Origin: Chloroflexota bacterium
Lineage (GTDB): Bacteria > Chloroflexota > Dehalococcoidia > UBA6926
DNA length: 64,000 bases
Direction: 5' to 3'
Assembly: GCA_026713485.1 (NCBI GenBank)
Contig: JAPOOK010000036.1
Location: 579-64,578, forward strand
Shown: piece by piece, positions 21,820 through 31,394 of the stretch
How the letters are laid out: each line of letters opens with the position of its first letter
Numbering within the stretch: the first letter of the stretch is position 1
Translations under genes and position numbers: made by a program
Notes under the pieces: model-generated
Database searches by the model: none
Told to the model about the DNA's origin: nothing
What the model saw: the letters and a program-made list of their open reading frames with translations, nothing else

Positions 21820-22440
21820 GTGGACGCAGGCAAAGCGTCCACGCGGGAGCGCATTCTTGAGGCGGCGGCGCAGGTGTTTGCGGACTCCGGCTATCATGGC
21901 GCAAGCGTCGATGACATCGCCACCGCGTCCGGCGGCTCAAAAGGCGGTATCTACTTTCATTTCCCCGGCAAGCGGGAGATCTTCTTCGCCCTCGTCAATC
22001 GGTTTGCAGACAGGCTGCTATCCGATGCTCATGATTCAATTGGAAGTCAGCGCAGTGGCGCGGAGAAGGCAGGCGCGGTTATTGAATCGACACTGGAGAC
22101 CTTCGCCGGCCACGCGAAGCTCGCCAAGGTGCTGCTTGCCAGTGGTGTCGGACTCGGGCCGGCGTTCGATGAATCACTTCTGCGGCTCCACGACCGGTTT
22201 GCAGGCCTGATCCGTGAGCGGCTGGATGCCGCCGTGGACGACGGCTCAATCCCCCCGCTTGATACCACCCTCGCTTCCTACGCGTGGATGGGAGCCCTCA
22301 ATGAGATCATCCTCCGGTGGCTATATACAGGAGAGCCTTCCCCACTTACATCAGCCGCGCCACAGCTGAAGTCAATCCTGCTTTCAAGCGTGGGCGCGAA
22401 CAAGGCGAGCATGGCATCCACTAGCGCGGGGGCTGACTGA
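21820..22440 (+). CDS. TetR/AcrR family transcriptional regulator
   Basis: HTH RERILEAAAQVFADSGYHGASVDDIATASGGSKGGIYFHFPGKREIF. Confidence 0.8.
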   Translation: MDAGKASTRERILEAAAQVFADSGYHGASVDDIATASGGSKGGIYFHFPGKREIFFALVNRFADRLLSDAHDSIGSQRSGAEKAGAVIESTLETFAGHAKLAKVLLASGVGLGPAFDESLLRLHDRFAGLIRERLDAAVDDGSIPPLDTTLASYAWMGALNEIILRWLYTGEPSPLTSAAPQLKSILLSSVGANKASMASTSAGAD

Positions 22441-22442
22441 AC

Positions 22443-23918
22443 ATGGCGCAGGCGTATCGAGACCTCGGCGAATTCATCAAGTTCCTGGAGGGGCGCGGCG
22501 AACTCAAGCGTGTCACCGCGCCCGTCACGTGGGACCTTGAGATTACGGAGATTACGCAGCGAGTCTTACGTGAGGGCGGCCCTGCCCTCCTCTTCGAAAA
22601 CGTCGAGGGTTACGAGGGCACGCCGGTGCTCATCAATATGTACGGCACGGAACAGCGGGCAGCGTGGGCGCTTGGCGTGGAGAAGCTTGAGGAGTTGCCC
22701 GCGCAGATCGAAAAGATGATGGCGATGGCACAGGGCGGCCCGCCCGAAGGCTTAATGGGAAAGCTGAGAATGCTCGGCGACCTGGTCAAGCTTGGACGAA
22801 TCGGGCCACGGAGTGTCGAGCGTGAGGACGCCCCGGTGCAGGAAGTAATCGTTCAGGGCGACGACGTTGATCTCCTCTCCTTGCCAATTCTCAAGACGTG
22901 GCCTCAGGACGCCGGACGCTATATCACGCTTCCACTCGTCATCACGAAAGACCCAGACACCGGAACCCACAACCTCGGCATGTATCGGTTGCAGGTCTAT
23001 GACAAGAACACCACCGGAATGCACTGGCAAACGCACAAAGTCGGCACGCAGCATGAGCGAGCGTCGGCAGAGCGCGGCGCGGGACGCATGGAGGTCGCGG
23101 TGGCGCTGGGCGGTGATCCGGCTCTCATATGGGCCGGGTCCGCCCCGCTTCCCGCGGACGTCAGCGAATACGTCCTGGCGGGATTCCTACGCGGTCAACC
23201 GGTGCCCGTCACCAAAGGCGTAACCGTCGACCTGGATGTGCCTGCCCAGGCCGAGTACATCATTGAGGGCTACGTAGATCCGTCTGAGCGGCGCCCCGAG
23301 GGTCCGTTCGGCGACCACACCGGCTACTACTCCATTCAGGATTCGTACCCTGTCTTTCACGTCACGGCCATCACCCACCGCCGGAACCCGATCTACCCCA
23401 CCATCGTCGTCGGTCGGCCCCCGCAGGAGGACTATTGGATGGGCGTCGCTACGGAGCGACTCTTCCTGCCACTGATGCGGTTGATGCTGCCGGAGATTGT
23501 TGATGTTCACATGCCCGCAGAGGGTGTCTTCCACAATCTTGTACTCGTCTCCATCAAGAAAGAGTATCCCGGCCACGTGCAGAAGACGGTGAGCGGCATG
23601 TGGGGCCTCGGCCTCATGTCTCTGGCACGAGCTATCGCGGTATTTGATGATGACGTGAATATTCACGACCCCTCAGAGGTTGTGTGGCGGCTGTCGAACA
23701 ACATCGATCCACGACGGGACATCTTCTTTGCAGACGGGCCGATTGATGATCTCGACGTCGCCTCACCCACGGCGCGCGTCGGCAGCAAGATCGGCATCGA
23801 CGCCACGCGCAAGTCCGGCGATGGCGAGATGGGTGAGCGGCAATGGATGCCCGACATCACCATGGACCCGGCCGTGATTGAGCAGGTGACACGGCGCTGG
23901 AAGGAATACGGCATCTGA
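22443..23918 (+). CDS. UbiD family decarboxylase (menaquinone/ubiquinone biosynthesis, MqnL/UbiD-like)
   Basis: 491 aa. N-terminus AYRDLGEFIKFLEGRGELKRV is typical of UbiD. Clustered with UbiA and UbiX homologs. Confidence 0.8.
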   Translation: MAQAYRDLGEFIKFLEGRGELKRVTAPVTWDLEITEITQRVLREGGPALLFENVEGYEGTPVLINMYGTEQRAAWALGVEKLEELPAQIEKMMAMAQGGPPEGLMGKLRMLGDLVKLGRIGPRSVEREDAPVQEVIVQGDDVDLLSLPILKTWPQDAGRYITLPLVITKDPDTGTHNLGMYRLQVYDKNTTGMHWQTHKVGTQHERASAERGAGRMEVAVALGGDPALIWAGSAPLPADVSEYVLAGFLRGQPVPVTKGVTVDLDVPAQAEYIIEGYVDPSERRPEGPFGDHTGYYSIQDSYPVFHVTAITHRRNPIYPTIVVGRPPQEDYWMGVATERLFLPLMRLMLPEIVDVHMPAEGVFHNLVLVSIKKEYPGHVQKTVSGMWGLGLMSLARAIAVFDDDVNIHDPSEVVWRLSNNIDPRRDIFFADGPIDDLDVASPTARVGSKIGIDATRKSGDGEMGERQWMPDITMDPAVIEQVTRRWKEYGI

Positions 23919-24835
23919 TGGATTCCATCGGTCGCCCTCCCCTTGCCCGGCCGTGGTCCTATATGGGTCGCCTTGGCATCATGCTCGATTCCATCCGGTT
24001 CGAGCATTCGATCTTCGCCCTGCCCTTCGCCTACCTTGGCATGATTCTTGCGGCGGGCGGTTGGCCAACGCTCTCACAATTTATCTGGATCACTTTGGCG
24101 ATGGTTGCGGCCCGCACTGTCGCCATGAGCGCAAACCGGCTAATCGACCGAGAGATGGACGGGGAGAACCCTCGCACGGCCATGCGCGCGCTGCCTCAAA
24201 GGCTTCTCCGCCCGTCCGACATGCTCGGCATGCTGCTTGTCAGTCTCGTGATCTTCTTCCTTGCCGCATACATGCTGAACACTCTTGCGCTCATACTCGC
24301 ACCAGTCGCGGCTATCATTGTCATCACATATTCCTATGCCAAGCGATTCACATGGACTGGCCACTATTGGCTAGGGTTCGCAGACGGCATCGCGCCGGCG
24401 GGCGGCTGGATCGGAGTAGCGGGAGAACTTCCCCTCGAGGCTGTCATTCTCGCGATGGCCGTCACAACGTGGGTGGCCGGATTCGATCTCATCTACCAAT
24501 GCATGGATTACGACTTCGACATCCCGCGCAAGCTGCACACCATTCCAGTCAAGTGGGGAATTCCTGCGGCGCTGTGGTGGGCACGCGTGACCCATCTCTC
24601 GACGATCGTGTTCCTCGTGGCGTTGGGAGTGATGATGAGCCTTGCGTGGCCGTTCTACATCGGCGTAGCCATCGCCGCCGCTTTGCTCGCATGGGAGCAT
24701 TCACTCGTCAAGGCGAACGATTTCTCCCGTGTCACCATCGCCTTCTTCAACATCAACGGCGTCATCGCAATCATCGTCTTTGTCTTCACGGCGGTCGCCG
24801 TCCTGATGGAATCGGGCAGTGGATATGCAGCATAA
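23918..24835 (+). CDS. UbiA family polyprenyltransferase (4-hydroxybenzoate polyprenyltransferase / MqnP-like)
   Basis: Nine TM helices. Asp-rich motifs NRLIDREMD and a second D-rich motif (DYDFD). Start overlaps the ubiD stop. Confidence 0.75.
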   Translation: MDSIGRPPLARPWSYMGRLGIMLDSIRFEHSIFALPFAYLGMILAAGGWPTLSQFIWITLAMVAARTVAMSANRLIDREMDGENPRTAMRALPQRLLRPSDMLGMLLVSLVIFFLAAYMLNTLALILAPVAAIIVITYSYAKRFTWTGHYWLGFADGIAPAGGWIGVAGELPLEAVILAMAVTTWVAGFDLIYQCMDYDFDIPRKLHTIPVKWGIPAALWWARVTHLSTIVFLVALGVMMSLAWPFYIGVAIAAALLAWEHSLVKANDFSRVTIAFFNINGVIAIIVFVFTAVAVLMESGSGYAA

Positions 24836-25475
24836 TCCGCAGACTGCCCAAACCCCGGTTATCGTCGGAATTTCCGGCGGCAGCGGTTCGGCCATTGCCA
24901 AGCGAATTATCGACACGTTGCTGGAGGCCCAGATCTCTGTGGTCTGCACCATCACCTCCGGCGGGCGTCAGGTATGGGCACAGGAGATGGACGAACCATT
25001 CTCACGGGCGCTCGATGCCTGGTCAGCCAATGAGTGTTTTTCTTACTACACGTCCAATCAACTTGGCGCGCCGATAGCGAGCGGCGGAATCCTCACGCGC
25101 GGCATGATTGTCGCCGCGTGCAGCATGGCGACGGTGGCGGCCATTTCACATGGACTCGGCGACAATCTTCTGCGCCGCGCGGCAGACGTGACCATCAAGG
25201 AGCGTCGTCCACTGGTGCTCATCCCTCGTGAATCACCCCTTTCCGCCATCCACCTGGACAACATGAAGCGACTGGCGGAACTGGGCGCAACAATACTGAT
25301 GCCCGCCCCTGCCTTCTATCTGCGGCCACGAACAGTCGATGAGATCGTCGATTATTTCGCGGCCCGAGCGCTCAATGCAGTTGACTCCGAAGGGTTTCCC
25401 CTGTCGGCGTCCCTCCAATACGAGGGTATTTCCAGAGATGCGATGACTACCGGACCTGAAGACGTAGAAACGTAG
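24819..25475 (+). CDS. ubiX: flavin prenyltransferase UbiX (MqnM-like)
   Basis: GISGGSGSAIAKRIIDTLL flavoprotein N-terminus, about 210 aa. Confidence 0.8.
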   Translation: MDMQHNPQTAQTPVIVGISGGSGSAIAKRIIDTLLEAQISVVCTITSGGRQVWAQEMDEPFSRALDAWSANECFSYYTSNQLGAPIASGGILTRGMIVAACSMATVAAISHGLGDNLLRRAADVTIKERRPLVLIPRESPLSAIHLDNMKRLAELGATILMPAPAFYLRPRTVDEIVDYFAARALNAVDSEGFPLSASLQYEGISRDAMTTGPEDVET

Positions 25476-25500
25476 ACACAGTAAGTGAGGAGGAAGAATC

Positions 25501-26499
25501 GTGAGATTTGTTGGAATTCGCCTGATCCTGGCACTGGTCGCTGTTGTAGCGCTACTTGCCATGGCCGCGTGTGAAGCAGAGGAACCAACTGCCACACCCG
25601 CGCCCACCCCTACGCCAACACCGGAAGTTGACGACACCCCGATCTGGGTGGGGCTGCTGCCAATCATCGACAGCGTGCCCTTTTACCTTGCAGAGGAAGA
25701 GGGCCTGTTCGAGGCCGCTGGGCTCAACGTCACGTTTGAGACGTTCAGCAGCGCCCTGGAACGCAACGTGGCGCTGGAATCTGGCGCAATCGATGGCCAA
25801 CTCGCAGACCTGATTGCCACAGGGTTAATCAATGGCGAGCAACACAACGTTTCGATTGTTAAGACGACCTACCGCGCCACAAGCGATGTAGCAATGATCG
25901 CCCTGGTTGCCGGAGCGGACAGCGGTATCGATGCGCCCGCGGACCTGGAGGGCAAGAGCATTGGCATCTCCACCAACTCCCTTATCGAATACCACCTTGA
26001 CCTGTACCTAGACGAGGCAGGACTCGCCCGAGATTCCGTTGAAAAGACAGAGGTCGCTTCGATTCCGGTCCGGATGGAGTTGCTTTCGCAAGGACAGTTG
26101 GACGCGGCCGTACTGCCTGAGCCGCTCATCACACTTGCAGTCAACGCGGGCGGGACAGTCATCCTTGACGACCGCCAGAGCCGCCTTGGCATGAGCGTTC
26201 TGGAGTTCAACGTCGATTACCTGACGGACCACGAGGAAAACGTGAAGAAGTTCCTCGCAGTTCATGAGGAGGCTGTGCAGCTAATCAACGCGAATCCGGA
26301 TCAGTACGCGTACCTCCTCCCTGAGAAGGCCCGCCTGCCGGAATTCCTTGTCGGAATCTTCAACGTTCCGCCATTCCCCAGCAACGATGTTCCGACTGCT
26401 GCTGAGACACAGCAGGCCTCAGAGTGGCTCCTTGAAAAGGGTCTGATTGACGAGGCAAAGGAGTACGGTCACTGGGTGCATCCACGATTCATTCCGTAG
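25501..26499 (+). CDS. ABC transporter substrate-binding lipoprotein (NMT1/THI5, SsuA/TauA-like)
   Basis: Signal peptide plus lipobox LAMAACE. PT linker. Periplasmic binding fold. Confidence 0.65.
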   Translation: MRFVGIRLILALVAVVALLAMAACEAEEPTATPAPTPTPTPEVDDTPIWVGLLPIIDSVPFYLAEEEGLFEAAGLNVTFETFSSALERNVALESGAIDGQLADLIATGLINGEQHNVSIVKTTYRATSDVAMIALVAGADSGIDAPADLEGKSIGISTNSLIEYHLDLYLDEAGLARDSVEKTEVASIPVRMELLSQGQLDAAVLPEPLITLAVNAGGTVILDDRQSRLGMSVLEFNVDYLTDHEENVKKFLAVHEEAVQLINANPDQYAYLLPEKARLPEFLVGIFNVPPFPSNDVPTAAETQQASEWLLEKGLIDEAKEYGHWVHPRFIP

Positions 26500-26532
26500 G
26501 GATGACACGGTCTGGATGGCCGACGGCCTGAC

Positions 26533-27306
26533 ATGTCTGATCAGAAGCCTATCGCAGCCCTCGGGGACGTGACGTTCGCGTACCCCGGGGGCGCTGCGGT
26601 TCTTCGGGATTTCACCTGGAAGATGCCTGCCGGCGAATCCTGGGCAATTATCGGCCCATCCGGTTGCGGTAAAACAACCCTGCTCTACATACTCGCCGGC
26701 CTGCGCCTCCCCGATAGCGGCGATGTAGCAATCGCCGGAGAGCCCATCGGCGGCCCTCGCCGAGACATCGGTCTCATACTCCAGGACAATGGACTCTTGC
26801 CGTGGGAGACTGCCCTCAGCAATGTCGGCATGGGCTTGCGGCTGAGAGGCGCCCCCGGGCGCGAGTGGCGTTCAGAAGCCCAGTCCTGGCTTGACCGTCT
26901 CGGATTGGGTGAGTTCTCAAATCGCTTTCCCGGTCAGCTCTCCGGCGGCCAGAAGCAACGCGTTGCAATTGCACGGACACTTGCCGTGTCGCCAACCCTC
27001 TTACTCATGGACGAGCCGTTCAGCGCGCTTGACGCCCTTACTCGAGAAACCCTGCAATTGCTGGCCCTGGAACTTGGCATTGCGCGCGGCCGCAGCGCCG
27101 TGCTCATCACTCACGACATCAATGAGGCCGTCATGCTGGGCAACAAGATTTTGATTATGGGTGCCGGGCCGGACGACGCGACGACGATTATCGAAAACCC
27201 CGGCGCAGGACAAGACGGATTTATTGGCTCGGATGATTTCATCAGGCGTGCTGTCGAAGTCAAAGCCGGCCTTAACGCTAACCCGGAAGCATTGGCCGCA
27301 AGATGA
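26533..27306 (+). CDS. ABC transporter ATP-binding protein (NitT/TauT family)
   Basis: Walker A GPSGCGKTT, LSGGQKQRVAIAR, LLLMDEPFSALD. Confidence 0.85.
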   Translation: MSDQKPIAALGDVTFAYPGGAAVLRDFTWKMPAGESWAIIGPSGCGKTTLLYILAGLRLPDSGDVAIAGEPIGGPRRDIGLILQDNGLLPWETALSNVGMGLRLRGAPGREWRSEAQSWLDRLGLGEFSNRFPGQLSGGQKQRVAIARTLAVSPTLLLMDEPFSALDALTRETLQLLALELGIARGRSAVLITHDINEAVMLGNKILIMGAGPDDATTIIENPGAGQDGFIGSDDFIRRAVEVKAGLNANPEALAAR

Positions 27307-28085
27307 ATGAATCGGCGCTTGGCCGGTTGCGGAGTCGTGCAGCAACGCTCGGTGGCGGTATTATCGCGGTACTGGCTGCACTGCTCGTATGGCAGGTGGT
27401 GTCGTGGCTTGTGAACTCGAATATTCTGCCTGGCCCCCTGCCCGTCAGCCTGACGTTTATCGAACAGCTGGATGAAGGCCTGCTGGGACACGCGGCCGTC
27501 AGCGCGTATCGTGTCGTGCTTGCGATCGCAATATCGATCGCGATCGCGGCGCCCCTTGGCCTCATTCTTGGCACAAACGCCAGGCTCTACACCCTGTCTG
27601 CGCCCATCATCTACCTCAGTTACCCGATTCCTAAAATCGTCGCGCTTCCCGTGATTCTGCTCTTGCTCGGACTCGGTGACGTGAGCAAGGTAACGATGAT
27701 TGCCCTCATCCTGTTCTTCCAGATACTGATCCTCGTTCGTGACGAAGTACGCACTGTGCGGCCGGAACTGGTCCTCTCGGTGCGTTCACTCGGTGCGAAC
27801 CGTCTCCAGCTCCTACGATTCGTCTTCATGCCTGCCTCGTTACCCGGGCTCTTCACCGCCCTTCGTGTCAGCACTGGCGTCTCTATTGCCGTTCTGTTCT
27901 TCGTGGAGAGTTTCGGCACGCGGCAGGGGCTTGGCTACTACATCCTCGTTGAATCGTGGGGACGCCTGGCCTATGAGGAAATGTACGCAGGCGTCATAGC
28001 CATGGCACTGCTTGGGCTCGGTGTCTACTATGCGGTTGACGGCATAGAACGCCGTCTGACTCGCTGGAATCGGGATGACCGGTAG
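27303..28085 (+). CDS. ABC transporter permease (NitT/TauT family)
   Basis: Six TM helices. 4-nt overlap with the ATPase gene. Confidence 0.75.
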   Translation: MNESALGRLRSRAATLGGGIIAVLAALLVWQVVSWLVNSNILPGPLPVSLTFIEQLDEGLLGHAAVSAYRVVLAIAISIAIAAPLGLILGTNARLYTLSAPIIYLSYPIPKIVALPVILLLLGLGDVSKVTMIALILFFQILILVRDEVRTVRPELVLSVRSLGANRLQLLRFVFMPASLPGLFTALRVSTGVSIAVLFFVESFGTRQGLGYYILVESWGRLAYEEMYAGVIAMALLGLGVYYAVDGIERRLTRWNRDDR

Positions 28086-28102
28086 CCTACATCGGTGGCT
28101 GG

Positions 28103-29092
28103 CTAGTCGGCTTCCGGATCCTTCTTGAGCCAGCTGGGGTTTGAGTCATTGGCAGAATTGTTGGTGAGGCGAACCGGCACAGCCTCGTCGAGCAGGCTCC
28201 AAAGGTAGAGCTCATCGTTACCCTCGCGATCGCTCACAAAGACGATCGTCTGGCCGTCCAATACAGTGGACCATGACGGGTGCTTGCTGTTGTAGGCCGC
28301 ATCCGGCGTGCGATCGGCGCTCCGCCGCCCCTGGGACGAAACATACCAGAGGTGAATGGCATTACTGGGATTCGTGATGGCAGATGCATTTGATTGCATA
28401 ATGACGTCCCGGCCATTTGGAGCATATTCCGGGAAGTCCTCGGTGGAGTTCGGCGCCCTGAATTCCCCCGTTGGCCTCAGGAAGGTTTCCTGCGGGATAA
28501 CGCGAATGAACGTTCCTGCACTATCGAGTATGTGAACATCAACAACCTCCGGTGAGAGGGCTGCCGAAACTGCAATCTCCTGGCCATCGCCATTCAGGCG
28601 TGGATTCCGGTAGGAATAGGCCGTATCCTGACCGAGCAGGTTCATGCCCGTATCGTCGTCTGCCATTCCTTCTTGTCCCATCCAATACAACTGAGAACGA
28701 CCGGATGCGACAGTTGGATTAGAAATAGCGACGAGCAGCCGCTCCCCGTCCGGATACCAGGTTATTGACTCGACAGTTCCGCCTGCCCGGCCATTGGTGA
28801 GGTTGATTTCTTCCCCTCCTTCAGTGTCCACGAGGATGACGTCAGTCGCATTGCCGGAACGCCGGATAAACACCATCTTGCTTCCATCAGGGCTAACGGC
28901 GGGATAAATGTCATCAAGGATGTGATCAGTGACTTGTGTTTCCATCGTGCCGTCATGCTGTATGGAATAGATGTCCCAGTTTCCGCCGCGATCGGACTGG
29001 AAGTAAATCGTGTAGGTATCGTCCCCGTCGCAACCGGACACGATAAGTGTTCCCAGAATGAACGCCGCTACCAAAACCACTAACCGTCTCAT
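28103..29092 (-). CDS. TolB-like beta-propeller (PD40 repeat) lipoprotein
   Basis: Signal peptide plus lipobox LIVSGCDG. Repeated PD40-like units (YFQSDRGGNWDIYSI, FVSDREGNDELYLW). Confidence 0.65.
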   Translation of the reverse strand: MRRLVVLVAAFILGTLIVSGCDGDDTYTIYFQSDRGGNWDIYSIQHDGTMETQVTDHILDDIYPAVSPDGSKMVFIRRSGNATDVILVDTEGGEEINLTNGRAGGTVESITWYPDGERLLVAISNPTVASGRSQLYWMGQEGMADDDTGMNLLGQDTAYSYRNPRLNGDGQEIAVSAALSPEVVDVHILDSAGTFIRVIPQETFLRPTGEFRAPNSTEDFPEYAPNGRDVIMQSNASAITNPSNAIHLWYVSSQGRRSADRTPDAAYNSKHPSWSTVLDGQTIVFVSDREGNDELYLWSLLDEAVPVRLTNNSANDSNPSWLKKDPEAD

Positions 29093-29244
29093 AGGTTAAA
29101 GCGCCTCACTGCATTGGCCGTCAAAGACAGGCACTCTCCCTGTATTCCACCTTAGCAGGAAATGACCCCGGCTAAAGCGCCGGGGTCATTCTCACAGTCG
29201 ACGTTGCGGACGCTCGATTGCGTATCGATGCGTCCTCAGGGGAA

Positions 29245-30180
29245 TCAGCGTCCCCGCAGTCGTGGATCCAACACGTCTCGGAGCGCGTCTCCAAACACAT
29301 TGAATCCGAACACCGCCATGCTGAGAGCAAGGCCGGGGAAAACAATGATGTGTGGAGCAAGCTCAGCAAAGTCCAGCGCGCTGGCGTTGAGCATGCCACC
29401 CCAGGACGGATGTGGTTCCGGAACCCCCAGACCGAGGAAGCTCAGAGATGCCTCAGTCGTGATTGCAGAGCCCAACCGGCCCGTCACTACGATGATCCAC
29501 GGAGCCATCGAGTTCGGCATAACATACCGGAAGATGAGCCGCAGATGGCTGGCTCCGATGGTTCGGCCGGCCAGCACATAGTCCGTCTTCGTAACGGACA
29601 ATGCCTGCCCGCGTACAACGCGAATCATGGCGGGAAGTGCCGGAATTGAGATTGCGATGATCGTGACCTCAATGCTGAAGGTCTGAAGGATGGCGACAAT
29701 GGCCATCGCAAGAATCAGGCCCGGGAATGCCTGGAGGACGTCAACGAGGCGCTGCCCCAGCAGGTCAACCCAGCCGCCGAAGTACGCGCTTGTGATTCCA
29801 AGGATGCCGGCAATGGTTCCGGCTCCCATCGCAACTGCGAAGCCGACATACAGGGAAATCTGGGCCCCGTAAATAATCCGGGTAAACAGATCGCGTCCGT
29901 ATCGATCGCCGCCCAGCCAGTGTTCGGCGTTCGGCGGAACCAGCTGTGCCGAAATCTGCGAGGCGTATTTGTAGTCGATAAAACCGTCATAGCCGGAAGC
30001 GGCAGCTGTCGCAATCTGCCACAGCGGAGCAGTTGCCGCCATAAGGATTAGTGTGACGACTAATCCCAGTCCGACTAACCCGAGTGGTCGCTTTCTCCAC
30101 AACAGCCAGTTCCGCTGCAGGACGTTTCGCCGTCGCCGTTGCCCGATAATTTCTGCAACCGCTTCAGTCTGTGCCGCCAT
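29245..30180 (-). CDS. ABC transporter permease, DppC/OppC-like
   Basis: Six TM helices. The EAA-like motif region (YVLAGRTIGASHLRLIFRYVMPN) is typical of peptide/nickel ABC permeases. Confidence 0.8.
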   Translation of the reverse strand: MAAQTEAVAEIIGQRRRRNVLQRNWLLWRKRPLGLVGLGLVVTLILMAATAPLWQIATAAASGYDGFIDYKYASQISAQLVPPNAEHWLGGDRYGRDLFTRIIYGAQISLYVGFAVAMGAGTIAGILGITSAYFGGWVDLLGQRLVDVLQAFPGLILAMAIVAILQTFSIEVTIIAISIPALPAMIRVVRGQALSVTKTDYVLAGRTIGASHLRLIFRYVMPNSMAPWIIVVTGRLGSAITTEASLSFLGLGVPEPHPSWGGMLNASALDFAELAPHIIVFPGLALSMAVFGFNVFGDALRDVLDPRLRGR

Positions 30181-30263
30181 CTTTCTTGCTCCCCTTGATG
30201 CCGTCTACTCGTTTTTCAGCCTGAACGCGGCTGCTGTTTTTCTCACAAACCTGCCCGGTCGGC

Positions 30264-31223
30264 CTAGTACCGGATCCTTGGATCCAGCCAACCGTACAGC
30301 AGATCCACGCCCAGATTCGCAGCGACGACGGCAAAGCCGGTGAGCGTCACGACGAGCTGAACGACCGGGAAATCTCTCTGGTTGATAGAGTCCACCATCA
30401 TCCGCCCGATGCCCGGCAGGCCGAAGACCTGCTCCGTGACAACCAAGCCGGTCACGGTAATCGGCAGGAAGATGCCAATCAGGGTAAGTACAGGGATCAG
30501 GGCATTCCGCATGGCGTGGCGCACGATAATCACGCGCTCCTTCAGTCCTTTGGCACGTGCCGTGCGAATGTAGTCCTCACGCATAACCTCAAGCATCGTT
30601 GCTCGCATCATGCGCAGTGGAACACCCATCAGGAACCCGAGGCCAATAATCAGCGCGGGCCAGATCAATTGCGCCAGATTAGCAATCGGGTCCTCCCAGA
30701 TCGGGATGTATCCCTGCCTGGGAATCCAGTCAAACATTCGGACAAAGATGAGAATCAGCATCATGCCGCTCCAGAACGTCGGGACGGAGATGCCGAGAAT
30801 CGCGATGCCGCGAATGAGGTAGTCGAAGAATGTGTCCTGCTTGAGTGCAGCGATGACACCGCCGGCGATCCCCAGGATGCTGCCAATGATGAGGCCCATC
30901 AGACCTACCTGCAGGCTAAGGGGAGCCTTCCGTGCAATCAGCCGATCCATATCGGCGTTGTAGAAGAAGGACTTGCCGAAATCGAGAGTGAACAGTCCAT
31001 AAATCCAGCCCAAATACTGCTCATAGAGCGGTTTGTTCAGGCCTAATTCAGTGCGAATTCGCTCAAGCGCTTCGGGATCGATGCCGCCGCCGCCCTCGCC
31101 GCCGCCAAGCATCATGATGGCAACGTCGCCCGGCGCGATGCGCATGATCAGAAAGACCACGATTGTCACGCCAAGAATCGTTGGCACAGCCAACAATATA
31201 CGGCGTACTACATATGCCCACAT
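30264..31223 (-). CDS. ABC transporter permease, DppB/OppB-like (tandem paralog 3)
   Basis: MWAYVVRRILLAVPTILGV N-terminus with EAA motif. About 85% identical to paralog 1 (32560..33519). Confidence 0.85.
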   Translation of the reverse strand: MWAYVVRRILLAVPTILGVTIVVFLIMRIAPGDVAIMMLGGGEGGGGIDPEALERIRTELGLNKPLYEQYLGWIYGLFTLDFGKSFFYNADMDRLIARKAPLSLQVGLMGLIIGSILGIAGGVIAALKQDTFFDYLIRGIAILGISVPTFWSGMMLILIFVRMFDWIPRQGYIPIWEDPIANLAQLIWPALIIGLGFLMGVPLRMMRATMLEVMREDYIRTARAKGLKERVIIVRHAMRNALIPVLTLIGIFLPITVTGLVVTEQVFGLPGIGRMMVDSINQRDFPVVQLVVTLTGFAVVAANLGVDLLYGWLDPRIRY

Positions 31224-31318
31224 CTGCTTTCGCCCCTCCCCGTAGGCTACAAGCCAGCCTGCGTCATCGACACTCAGTCCGCCGCTAGCGCCGCGACCTG
31301 GTGCCCGTGTTTCGCACC

Positions 31319-31347
31319 ATGCTATGGATGCCCCCTACCCGTGTCAA
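31319..31347 (-). promoter_or_regulatory. sigma-70-like promoter TTGACA-N17-TAGCAT upstream of DppB paralog 3
   Basis: On the minus strand, TTGACA (plus 31342..31347) and TAGCAT (31319..31324) are separated by a 17-nt spacer. The element is duplicated upstream of paralog 2. Confidence 0.55.
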
Positions 31348-31394
31348 GCATTTGGGTGCTAATGGCCGTCATTCTCCCCAACATGGTGATCCCG

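Noticed and set aside
23953-25077. 374-aa plus-strand ORF overlapping ubiA and ubiX in another frame
   Set aside because: Arg/His-rich translation with no domain features. The ubiA and ubiX frames have clear family signatures.
29150-29195. Inverted repeat TGACCCCGGC-TAAAGC-GCCGGGGTCA between the TolB-like gene and dppC
   Set aside because: Good stem but no adjacent T-tract on the transcribed (minus) strand. Could be an attenuator or REP-like hairpin, but evidence is insufficient to call a terminator.
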